Shown here piece by piece: positions 1 to 8,973 of a stretch of DNA of 64,000 nucleotides. This DNA is from Polyangiaceae bacterium (GTDB lineage Bacteria > Myxococcota_A > Polyangia > Polyangiales > Polyangiaceae): assembly GCA_965222375.1 (NCBI GenBank), contig CBDCTZ010000014.1:576001-640000 (forward strand), in the 5' to 3' direction. Numbering within the stretch: the stretch's first letter is position 1; each line of letters starts with the position of its first letter. The translations under genes and the position numbers were made by a program. Below the pieces are notes generated by a model. It made no database searches. It worked only from the letters and a program-made list of their open reading frames with translations, and was not told where the DNA came from.

Positions 1-2
1 GT

Positions 3-254
3 CGCGCATTGGGGCAGTGGTTCAAAGCCGGCTGGGTGGATACCTTTCGCGCTCTGCATCCGGACGCCGCGGAGTACAGCTGGTGGAGTCAGCGCCTCGG
101 CTTGCGCGAGAGAAACGTCGGATGGCGTATCGACTACGTGCTCGCGTCCCCGGCTGCCATGCCCTTCCTGCGCGGAGCGTTCATCCATAGACACGTTCTC
201 GGTAGCGACCACTGCCCCGTCGGGGTGGACCTAGATCCCCAAATACTCGGCTGA
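3..254 (+). CDS. xth: Exodeoxyribonuclease III, C-terminal part (5' truncated by window edge)
   Basis: Motifs WVDTFR, YSWWS, NVGWRIDY and GSDHCPV typical of the ExoIII/AP-endonuclease C-terminus. Confidence 0.93.
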   Translation, partial: RALGQWFKAGWVDTFRALHPDAAEYSWWSQRLGLRERNVGWRIDYVLASPAAMPFLRGAFIHRHVLGSDHCPVGVDLDPQILG

Positions 255-304
255 GCCGGGTATCGCCTCGCCAGCGGTGGGCCGCTGGCGTAGATCAGAG
301 GGCG

Positions 305-1753
305 ATGCGAATTCGGATCCCGAGCCAAGGCATGGACAAGGCGCCGCTCCTCGAAAAGATGCGCGGCTATCGCGAGGGCGATGCGGACTGGAAGCAGGGC
401 CGCACCTGGAGCCTGGTCTACTACGGCGGCAGCGAGCACCACGAACTGCTCCGTGAAGCGCATGGCCTCTTCTTCGCCGAGAACGCTCTGAACCCCATGG
501 CCTTCAAGAGCCTCAAGCGGATGGAAGCCGAGGTCGTGCAGATGTCTGCGAGCATGCTGCACGCTCCGGAGACCGCTGTGGGAACCATGACCAGTGGCGG
601 CACCGAGTCCATCTTGATGGCGGTGAAGGCAGCGCGGGACCGGGCTCGCCAGAAGAAGCCCTGGCTGCGCTCCCCGGAGATGGTCGCGCCCCGAAGCATT
701 CACGTGGCTTTCGAGAAGGCGGCCCACTACTTTGGGCTCAAGATCCGCTACGCCGAACTCGGCGCAGAGATGCGCGCCAACCCGGCAGCAATCGAAAAGC
801 TCGTCACGCGCAATACGGTGCTCATCGCTGCTTCTGCACCGCAGTATCCCCACGGCGTCGTGGACCCCATCGGGGAGATTGGGGCTCTCGCGCACAAGAA
901 GCGGATCCCGTTTCACGTGGACGCATGCATCGGCGGCTTCGTGCTGCCTTGGGTCGAGCGGTTGGGTCGACCATTGCCCGAGTTCGACTTCCGAGTGCCT
1001 GGGGTGACCAGCATGAGTGCCGACCTGCACAAGTACGGCTTCGCGGCCAAGGGCGCCAGTGTGCTGGTCTATCGCGACATGTCGTTTCTGCGACACCAGT
1101 TCTTCATCGCGACGGAGTTTCCCGGAGGTGTGTACGCGTCCCCGAGCATGCCGGGTACCCGCCCCGGCGGCCCCATCGCGGCAGGTTGGGCGGCGATGAT
1201 GGCGATGGGGGAGGACGGGTACCTCGATCACACGCGGCGCGCCCTAGAGGCCACGGACAAGTTGGTGGAAGGTATCCGGAGCATTCCACAGCTTTGTCTG
1301 GTAGCGCCGCCGGATGCGACCCTGGTGGCCTGGGCAACGAAGGACCGACGCTTGGACCTATATGCCATTGCCGACCAATTGGACGACATGGGTTGGACCA
1401 CGGACCGGCAGCACAAGCCGCCGAGCGTTCACTGCACCGTGACCAGCAATCACCTCGACGTGATCGATGACTACATCGCGGATCTGCGCCGCGCCGTGGA
1501 CTTCGTCCTGGACCACCCGGAAGTTTCCAGCCGGGGCAACGCCGCCATGTACGGCATGATGGCCAAGATCCCCTTTCGAGGCATGGTGCGGCAGGGGGTT
1601 CAGAAGGTCATGGAGCAGATGTACGGGCCCGAAGGCACCACCGACTTGGATGCGGCTTCATCCCAGAGCGGTCTGATCGGAAAGGTGATGAATAAATACG
1701 GGCCCACGCTGAATAGCTGGCTGGACCGCTTGCAGCGCTCGGACGGCAAGTGA
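305..1753 (+). CDS. Group II PLP-dependent enzyme, sphingosine-1-phosphate lyase-like
   Basis: MTSGGTESI, HVAFEKAAHYFG, SAPQYPHGVVDPI, HVDACIGGF and SADLHKYG (PLP lysine), followed by YASPSMPGTRPGG. Confidence 0.85.
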   Translation: MRIRIPSQGMDKAPLLEKMRGYREGDADWKQGRTWSLVYYGGSEHHELLREAHGLFFAENALNPMAFKSLKRMEAEVVQMSASMLHAPETAVGTMTSGGTESILMAVKAARDRARQKKPWLRSPEMVAPRSIHVAFEKAAHYFGLKIRYAELGAEMRANPAAIEKLVTRNTVLIAASAPQYPHGVVDPIGEIGALAHKKRIPFHVDACIGGFVLPWVERLGRPLPEFDFRVPGVTSMSADLHKYGFAAKGASVLVYRDMSFLRHQFFIATEFPGGVYASPSMPGTRPGGPIAAGWAAMMAMGEDGYLDHTRRALEATDKLVEGIRSIPQLCLVAPPDATLVAWATKDRRLDLYAIADQLDDMGWTTDRQHKPPSVHCTVTSNHLDVIDDYIADLRRAVDFVLDHPEVSSRGNAAMYGMMAKIPFRGMVRQGVQKVMEQMYGPEGTTDLDAASSQSGLIGKVMNKYGPTLNSWLDRLQRSDGK

Positions 1754-1814
1754 TTGAGGCGGCAGCGCGCGGGCAGTTACAGTCCGCGCGCCCGCGTGGT
1801 ACTTGATCCCCGTC

Positions 1815-4800
1815 ATGCGGGAGGGCGCGGGAAAGTCCAAGTTGACGCCAGATCCCGCGATGGATACCGCGGCGGAGACGAAGCTCGCGACCGCCAGCGA
1901 GGTCCTGCGGCGTAGTGACGAAGAGGCGCGAGTCAGTGCGGATCGCCTCGCCCTGCCAGTACAACTCGGGTCCTATCGGGTACTCGAACAGATCGGCGTC
2001 GGCGGCATGGGCGTGGTGTATCGGGGCGCCCACATCGAGACGGGGCAGGAAGTCGCACTGAAGACCGTCAAAGTCGAGCGTCCGTCCCTGACCGACCGAC
2101 TCCAGCGTGAGATCCAGGCACTGGGTCGAGTGCACCACCCGGGTGTGATCCGGGTGGCGGCCGCGGGGGTGCATGACGGCGCGCCCTGGTACGCGATGGA
2201 GCTGTTGCACGGGAGCCTCAGAAACGCTTTGGATGAAGTGTGGGGCGCTCAGCTCGCGGAAACCGAAGAGACGAGAGCGGATCTCGAGCCGACTCTGCGG
2301 GGTGCGGATCTGGCTCGGGCGCGACGCCGGGGACTGGCCAAGGCCTCTTCGTTTCGTCACCCGGCGGCGGGCGGCGAGCTAGCGCGGATGCTGTCGGTGG
2401 CGGCGCAGATTTGTGATGCCCTGGCGTTCTTGCACGGTGAGGGCGTGGTGCATCGGGACTTGAAGCCCGCCAATGTCCTGTTTCGCGCCAGCGGCGAGCC
2501 CGTGATCACCGACTTTGGATTGGTCGGTCGCTTTGCCGCCAAGTTGGGGCGGGAAGTGCTGGAACTTGATGATGGCGTCGCAGGAAGCGCCCCGTATATG
2601 TCTCCGGAGCAGATCCGCGGCGAACTCGTGGACGCACGATCGGATCTATATGCCCTGGGCTGCCTGCTCTACGAGATGGTGACCGGCTATGTGCCCTTCA
2701 CGGGCGAATCCTCGTCCGTGATTTGCAGCCAGCATTTGGACGCTGTGTGCGAGCCTGCCTCCGCGCGAGTCTCCGGCGTTCCTCCCTCCCTGGACACGCT
2801 GATCGCGTCCCTCTTGGACAAGAAGCCCCGGCGCCGCGTGGGTCACGCTAGCGACGTGGCGTTGGGCCTGCGGGAAGTCCTCACGGCTATGGATCAACTG
2901 CCGCCGGAGGTATGCGGTGATGCGCCGCAACCCTATCTTTATCGCCCAGAGCTTTGTGGACGGGACGAACTCGTCGCGGAAATGGAGAACGACGCGGTCG
3001 AGGCCGTGCTGGGTCGAGGCGGTGTGGCCTTCATTGCCGGAGAGAGCGGTGTGGGCAAGACGCGGGTGCTGTTGGAGCTAGCCCGCCGTGCAATCTTGAT
3101 GGGCATGACGGCTCTTGGCAGCGAATGCAGCGCGGTTCTCACGACGTCTGATCGCGCTGGACATTCATCGCCTCTCGGTGTCTTTCGTCCGCTGCTGAGC
3201 TGGATGGTCGATCACGTTCGCCAGCACAAGAGCGACGAGCTGGTCGACTTCATCCTGCGCCGCGGAGCGATACTGCGGCGCTACGAGCCCAGGCTGTATG
3301 AGCTCGACATCGTGCGCGGTTTGCCGCCCATGCCTGCCCTGGCAGCGGAGGCCGAGCGGGGCAGGGTCTTTGCGGCACTCCGAGAGGCGCTCGTGGTTGT
3401 CAGCAAAGAACGCTCTCTGCTGTTGATGATCGACGATTTGCAGTGGGCTGACGAACTCTCCCTCGGCTTTCTCACGGCTACGGGCCCTGAGTTCTTCTCA
3501 CGGGTCGCCGTCTACTTGGTGGGGACGTATCGGGCGGACGAGGCCGGGGCGGAGCTCCTCGTCGCGGTGCGCGAGTTCGAGAAGCGGCGACGGGCTCTTG
3601 GCCGCTTGGACGATGCGAGCGTTGGCCAGATGGTTTCGGACATGTTGGGCATCGCCCTGACTCCCGGCCGCTTCGTTCGCTCCCTGACCCGCGTCTCCGC
3701 TGGCAACCCCTTCTTCGTCGCCGAATACCTCCGCGCAGCCGTGGCAGAGGGGTTGCTGTATCGAGAGCGTAGTGGCGCGTGGCATGTAGATGACGCGGAG
3801 CGCGAACTGCAGAGCGCCGTGCAACTGCCGCGAACGCTCCAGGAACTGGTCGAGCGCCGTTTGAACGGGCTCGACGATGCCAGCTTGCGGGTGGCGCGCG
3901 CCTTGGCAGTGGTGGGGCGGGAGGCAGAGTGGGAACTGCTGGTGCGACTGCTCGATGCCGGCGAAACGTCTCTGGGAGAGAGCCTGCATACGCTCGTACA
4001 ACGACAGGTACTTTCCGAGGAGACGCCAGGGGTCGTGCGCTTCGTGCACGACCAACTACGCGAGGTGGCTTACGCAAATACCCCCGCTTCCGATCGAAGC
4101 CACTTGCATGGGCGTGTGGCCGAACTCATCGAGGCCCGCTACCAAAACACCCCCGACTTTGCGACCTGGTACGCGTCATTGGCGGTGCACTACGAGCAGG
4201 CGGACCGGTCGTCCAAAGCCATCGAGTACTTCGAGCGAGCGGGCGCCCGCGCGCTTCGAGTTGGCACGCCGAAAGATGCAATCTTCAGCGTAGGGCGTGC
4301 ACAGGCCCTCGCGGATGATTCACGCCAGGCGCAAACTGAACCCGCATGGGCACGGGCCCGGCGCCATCGACTCTTGGGAGACGCCCACTACGCCTTGGGC
4401 AGCCTACCGGACGCCACGGAACACTATCTGGGAGCCCTGGACGAATTGGGCGAGTTGGCCCCGCGTAGCAGGTTGGGCTGGTTGCGGCTGTTGTCACAGA
4501 CGGCTCTCGCGGAAACCGGCGCGCTGTTGAAACACAAGCTGGGAGGCAAGTCAGCGCCTCGCCGGGATCTCGCTGAAGGCGCCATGGCGGCCCAACGCAT
4601 CGCCGAGCGCTACTACTTCACGAACGACGCCTTCCGCATTGTGGCGGCGTCGCTTCAGTCCGTGCATCTGGCTCGTCGCTCGGACACTGCGGTGTCGCGG
4701 CCGCACTTCCAACTCGGGATTGCCGCCGGCGTTGGTGGTCTGACTGGAGTCCCCCAGCGCTGCTTCGAAGCCGGGCGCCGTAGCGCCCTGGATGCGGAGG

Positions 4801-5723
4801 ACCCCTACGGTCAAATCATGGGGGCCTACACCGAGATCGCCTACTTGTCCGGCCGCGCGAATTGGCAGCGGGCTCGGCGCGTGGGGCAAGACGCCCTTCA
4901 GATCGCGGAAGCGCTTGGAGACCCGCACGAACTCGACCTCCTGAACACGGTGATAGCGAATGCCGAGGCGTTCACCGGACAGTTCTCGTCCAGCGCGGAA
5001 CGTTTCGCGCAAATCCGCGACCGGGCCCGGGCTCGGGGTAACCCGGTTCACGAGGCTTGGGGGCTCTACGCGCGCGCCGCGGCGCTGATTGCCCAGGGTG
5101 CCCAGGCGCAAGCCGTCACGGATCTGCGCCAGGCGCTAACGCTGCTGGAAGGGCGGTCGGACGTTGCGAGCGAGATCATCAGCCATGGTCTTCTGGCCCA
5201 GGCCAGCCTATGCGTGGGAGACCTTGAAGGCGCTCGCGCTGCCGCCGACGAAGCCGCGGCGCGGATCCATAGTCGGCTCCCCGCCGTCTACTCGACGTTG
5301 CATGGCTTCCATGGCGCTACGGAGGTTTATTTGCGTCTAGCAGCTCTGGAGGCGGACGCGACCTTGGCGCGCGAGCTGGAGAGGGCGGGCAGTGCCTGTC
5401 TGTGGAAGCTTCGCCTCTTTGCTCGCCTGATGCCCTTTGGACAACCGGCAGCGTTGTACTGCCGGGCTCTGCGCTGCAAGCCTACCAACCGCCCTCGAGC
5501 CGAGAAGCTGCTGCGAAGATCCGCGAGGTCAGCGCGGGAGATGGGCATGCCCTACTACGAAGCCCGCGCGCTTTTTGAACTAGCTGGCGTCACGACCGAC
5601 GCAGGCCGTCGAAGGCGCACGCTGAGGGATGCGCGCGAACGGTTCTTGCGTATGGGCTGCGTCGCCGACGCAGAGCGTTGCCTCGACGGGTCTCTAGACA
5701 GCCAGGAGAAAGAAGAGCGATGA
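1815..5723 (+). CDS. Ser/Thr protein kinase fused to AAA-type ATPase and helical/TPR-like repeats
   Basis: Kinase motifs IGVGGMGVVY, VALK, HRDLKPAN, DFG, YMSPEQ; Walker A GESGVGKT; Walker B LLMIDDLQWAD; helical C-terminus. Start uncertain (1803, 1815 or 1860). Confidence 0.9.
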   Translation: MREGAGKSKLTPDPAMDTAAETKLATASEVLRRSDEEARVSADRLALPVQLGSYRVLEQIGVGGMGVVYRGAHIETGQEVALKTVKVERPSLTDRLQREIQALGRVHHPGVIRVAAAGVHDGAPWYAMELLHGSLRNALDEVWGAQLAETEETRADLEPTLRGADLARARRRGLAKASSFRHPAAGGELARMLSVAAQICDALAFLHGEGVVHRDLKPANVLFRASGEPVITDFGLVGRFAAKLGREVLELDDGVAGSAPYMSPEQIRGELVDARSDLYALGCLLYEMVTGYVPFTGESSSVICSQHLDAVCEPASARVSGVPPSLDTLIASLLDKKPRRRVGHASDVALGLREVLTAMDQLPPEVCGDAPQPYLYRPELCGRDELVAEMENDAVEAVLGRGGVAFIAGESGVGKTRVLLELARRAILMGMTALGSECSAVLTTSDRAGHSSPLGVFRPLLSWMVDHVRQHKSDELVDFILRRGAILRRYEPRLYELDIVRGLPPMPALAAEAERGRVFAALREALVVVSKERSLLLMIDDLQWADELSLGFLTATGPEFFSRVAVYLVGTYRADEAGAELLVAVREFEKRRRALGRLDDASVGQMVSDMLGIALTPGRFVRSLTRVSAGNPFFVAEYLRAAVAEGLLYRERSGAWHVDDAERELQSAVQLPRTLQELVERRLNGLDDASLRVARALAVVGREAEWELLVRLLDAGETSLGESLHTLVQRQVLSEETPGVVRFVHDQLREVAYANTPASDRSHLHGRVAELIEARYQNTPDFATWYASLAVHYEQADRSSKAIEYFERAGARALRVGTPKDAIFSVGRAQALADDSRQAQTEPAWARARRHRLLGDAHYALGSLPDATEHYLGALDELGELAPRSRLGWLRLLSQTALAETGALLKHKLGGKSAPRRDLAEGAMAAQRIAERYYFTNDAFRIVAASLQSVHLARRSDTAVSRPHFQLGIAAGVGGLTGVPQRCFEAGRRSALDAEDPYGQIMGAYTEIAYLSGRANWQRARRVGQDALQIAEALGDPHELDLLNTVIANAEAFTGQFSSSAERFAQIRDRARARGNPVHEAWGLYARAAALIAQGAQAQAVTDLRQALTLLEGRSDVASEIISHGLLAQASLCVGDLEGARAAADEAAARIHSRLPAVYSTLHGFHGATEVYLRLAALEADATLARELERAGSACLWKLRLFARLMPFGQPAALYCRALRCKPTNRPRAEKLLRRSARSAREMGMPYYEARALFELAGVTTDAGRRRRTLRDARERFLRMGCVADAERCLDGSLDSQEKEER

Positions 5724-6712
5724 ACGAAACCCAGTTGCCGCCTTATGTCACGCGCGGAGGCGTACAGACCTTGGCTCCCCCCATCTTGGCTCGGGGCACG
5801 CGGATGACGAGTCTGGCCCTGGAGGCTGATCCCAAGGCGCTTCAGCGGCTGGTCGACCAGTTCTTCAACGCGCCAGTCGCCGCGCAGTCCAATCAGCGTT
5901 TCTACGCCCTGGGCAATCTCGTGTTTCTCGCCTACGCGCCCATGGATCACATCAGCGTGACGGACCCTCGCGACAGCAAGAAGGGGTGGATGCGAGAAAC
6001 CGACATTGCATTCTGGATGCCGATTGTCGGAGGCAAAGAAGAGGGCGGCAAGTTCGTGCCCAGGATGGTGTATTGGTTCATGCCCTACGTCTGGGTCGAC
6101 GTGACGACGGCGATGACCACGGGGCGCGAAGTCTATGGCTTCCCGAAGCAGATGGCCTGGGTCGACGGCCCCAGTGGTGACTCGGACGGTCGGGTGTTTT
6201 CTTTCTCGACCATGGTGCTGCCCAGCTACTCGCCGGAGACCCAACTGGTGCAGAAGCAGCTGATCAGGGTGGAGCGCCGCTCCAGCTCGGAGCCCGGTCT
6301 GGAGAAAGCCTGGACCGAAGCCGAGGAGGTTTTCGAAGAAGTCGTACGCTGGATCCACGCTGAGCGCGGCCAGGTGCAGGCGACTTCGCTCGGGTTTTGG
6401 ATCAACCTGCTGGAGCACCTGGCGGGCGGAGAAGTGCCCATGCTCTTCTTGAAGGAGTTCCGGGATCTCGCAGAGCCGCACCGAGCTTGTTATCAGCGTG
6501 TGGTCAGTGCGCCGTGCGTGGTCAAGGCGTTCAGGGGTGGTTACCCGTTGTTGGGCGACTACGCCGTGACGATCTTCGATTACGTCAGCCACCCCATCGC
6601 CCAGGACTTCGGCTTCGGGACTCCGAAGGATGGCAAGTTGAGTCTCACCAGCAATATTGGGTTCTACGTCGACTTCGACTTCCAGCTCGAACTCGGGAGC
6701 GCAATCCAATGA
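5720..6712 (+). CDS. Acetoacetate decarboxylase (ADC) superfamily protein
   Basis: Schiff-base lysine motif GREVYGFPKQ; ATGA overlap with kinase stop at 5720-5723. Confidence 0.75.
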   Translation: MNETQLPPYVTRGGVQTLAPPILARGTRMTSLALEADPKALQRLVDQFFNAPVAAQSNQRFYALGNLVFLAYAPMDHISVTDPRDSKKGWMRETDIAFWMPIVGGKEEGGKFVPRMVYWFMPYVWVDVTTAMTTGREVYGFPKQMAWVDGPSGDSDGRVFSFSTMVLPSYSPETQLVQKQLIRVERRSSSEPGLEKAWTEAEEVFEEVVRWIHAERGQVQATSLGFWINLLEHLAGGEVPMLFLKEFRDLAEPHRACYQRVVSAPCVVKAFRGGYPLLGDYAVTIFDYVSHPIAQDFGFGTPKDGKLSLTSNIGFYVDFDFQLELGSAIQ

Positions 6713-8958
6713 AGAAGAAGATCGCGATTCTCGGGGGAGGCCTCGGCAGCATGACAGCTGCGTTCTGGCTGACAGAAAAGCCAGGCTGGCAAGACGACTA
6801 CGAGATCACCGTGTACCAGTTGGGCTGGCGCTTGGGAGGGAAGGGCGCGAGCGGGCGCGACACGCGCCCCGGCTACGGCGATCGAGTACTGGAGCACGGC
6901 CTGCACATCTGGTTGGGCTTCTACGACAACGCATTCTTCACCATGCGCCAGATGCAGGCCGGGCTGGCGACCTTGCCGAAACCGCCGGTGCAGACCTTCG
7001 GGTCGATCGATGCGGCGTTCACGCCGCAGAGCCTGGTCACGCTGCAAGAACGCTTTCAAGGCAAGTGGGCGGGCTGGCCATTGCTGTTCCCGCCCAACCT
7101 GGACGAGCCAGGCAAGAGCCAGGCTCACGCCTCCCTGGCGGATCTCGTTGAAGACGCTCTCGGCTGGCTTCGGAACTGGCACGACGACTTCTACACCGTG
7201 CTGGGCGAATCCCCCGCGGCAGCTGCCAACCACCACGCCCACCCGGTGTTCCATGAACTCGTTGCGCTGGAAGAAAAGCTTGGGACCGGCGTTGCGAGCG
7301 CGGTACGTCAATCCGCTCACTCGCTGCTGTCCTGGGTGCATGACCTCATGCCGGGGGTGAAGTCCCTCGTCGACGCGGAACTCACCGAAGCGCATGGGGT
7401 CATCACCGGGGCGCTGCGGCTTTGTCGCGAGGCTGCGCTGCTGGCGCTCCGCGGCCGCTTCGAGACCGACCTTCCGGCGCGGCGCTTCTTCATCACGCTC
7501 GACCTCGCTTGTAGCGCCGTGATCGGCATCCTGCAGGATGGTCTTCTCGTCCGTGGCTTCGAGTCCGCCGATGGGGAGGACTTCCGACAATGGCTCTCGC
7601 GGCATGGAGCGCAGCAGATGACCATTGATTCGCCACCCGTCGAAGTCGTCTACGATCTGGTTTTCGGCTTTCGCGATGGCGACACCGAGCAGCACAACTT
7701 TGCTGCGGGAACCTGCATGCGTGGCTTGTTGCGCATGCTCTTCGGCTACCGTGGCAACCTGATGTTCAAGATGAACGCTGGAATGGGCGACACGATTTTC
7801 ACCCCCTTCTACGGGCTGCTGAAGGCGAGGGGAGTCCGCTTCGAGTTCTTCACCCGCGTGCTGGAGCTCGGGCTTGCACCCGGCGGAAGTGAGATTGGCA
7901 GCATTCGCATTCAGCGTCAGGCCAGCGTCAAACCGGAGGTGGTCGCGAAGGGAGGCTACGATCCCCTCGTCCGCGTCAAGCAGCTGGATTGCTGGCCCGC
8001 CTGGCCCGACTTCGAACAGTTGGTCGAGGGCGACGCCTTGCGCAAAGATCCGGACAATCCTGGTCAGCCCTACAACTTGGAATCGGCGTGGACGCGCTGG
8101 CCCGGGGTGGGAGAAAGCGAGCTGCGTCGGGGCGAGCACTTCGATCTGGTGCTCTTGGGAATCAGCATTGCAGCGCTGCCCGAAATCTGTGGGCCGCTGT
8201 TGGCCAAGAGCGAGGCCTGGCGAAAGATGGTCGACACGGTTGCCACCACGCCCACACAGAGCGCGCAGCTGTGGCTCAACCACAGCGCGGCAGCGCTCGG
8301 CTGGCAGGTGCCGGAGTTTGCCAAACGTGCGGAAGCAGAGTGGGAGCGGCAACACGGGCGCAAGCTCGGGATCACCGGGCTGGTGGGTGCCTACCAGAAC
8401 CCAACCAACACCTGGGCCGACATGAGTCATCTACTGCCGGAGGAGGATTGGCCTGCCGGAGACGATCCGAAGAACGTCAGCTATCTCGTTGGGCCGCTCC
8501 CGGCGCCGGATGCCTGGCCACCCTATTCCGATCATGGCTTTCCACGCCGAATGTTCGAACAGGTGCGTCGAGACGCGACCGCCTGGACGGACGCCAACGC
8601 CGGCGTCTTATTCCCCAAGGGCCACACTCAAGCTCACCGGGGCGCCTTGGATCCAAAGTTCTTGGTCGACCCGAAGCAGCGTCGGGGCCCGGAGCGCTTT
8701 GACGCTCAGTTTTATAGAGTGAACATCGATCCCACCGAACGCTACGTGCTGTCGGTGAAGGGCAGCACCCAGGCTCGCATCGCGGGTCCGAGGTCCGGCT
8801 TCACGAACCTCGTCCTGGCGGGGGACTGGACCTACAACCGCGTTCTCAACGCGGGCTGCGTCGAGGCAACCGTCGCATCGGGTATGGAGGCGGCACAGGC
8901 TATCTGCGGCTACCCGCAGCACATCGTAGGTGACAGCGACACCGAGCGGCAGCGCTAG
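6709..8958 (+). CDS. FAD/NAD(P)-binding oxidoreductase (flavin amine oxidase / desaturase-like)
   Basis: N-terminal IAILGGGLGS...RLGGKGAS...EHGLHIWLGFY; C-terminal NLVLAGDWT...GCVEATVASG; ATGA overlap at 6709-6712. Confidence 0.85.
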   Translation: MKKKIAILGGGLGSMTAAFWLTEKPGWQDDYEITVYQLGWRLGGKGASGRDTRPGYGDRVLEHGLHIWLGFYDNAFFTMRQMQAGLATLPKPPVQTFGSIDAAFTPQSLVTLQERFQGKWAGWPLLFPPNLDEPGKSQAHASLADLVEDALGWLRNWHDDFYTVLGESPAAAANHHAHPVFHELVALEEKLGTGVASAVRQSAHSLLSWVHDLMPGVKSLVDAELTEAHGVITGALRLCREAALLALRGRFETDLPARRFFITLDLACSAVIGILQDGLLVRGFESADGEDFRQWLSRHGAQQMTIDSPPVEVVYDLVFGFRDGDTEQHNFAAGTCMRGLLRMLFGYRGNLMFKMNAGMGDTIFTPFYGLLKARGVRFEFFTRVLELGLAPGGSEIGSIRIQRQASVKPEVVAKGGYDPLVRVKQLDCWPAWPDFEQLVEGDALRKDPDNPGQPYNLESAWTRWPGVGESELRRGEHFDLVLLGISIAALPEICGPLLAKSEAWRKMVDTVATTPTQSAQLWLNHSAAALGWQVPEFAKRAEAEWERQHGRKLGITGLVGAYQNPTNTWADMSHLLPEEDWPAGDDPKNVSYLVGPLPAPDAWPPYSDHGFPRRMFEQVRRDATAWTDANAGVLFPKGHTQAHRGALDPKFLVDPKQRRGPERFDAQFYRVNIDPTERYVLSVKGSTQARIAGPRSGFTNLVLAGDWTYNRVLNAGCVEATVASGMEAAQAICGYPQHIVGDSDTERQR

Positions 8959-8973
8959 GCCGGAAGTGCCCGC

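Noticed and set aside
134..1231. 365-aa minus-strand ORF
   Set aside because: Antisense shadow of the PLP enzyme; no motifs; typical of high-GC DNA
5555..8430. Long antisense ORFs 5555-6709 and 6664-8430
   Set aside because: Shadows of well-supported plus-strand genes
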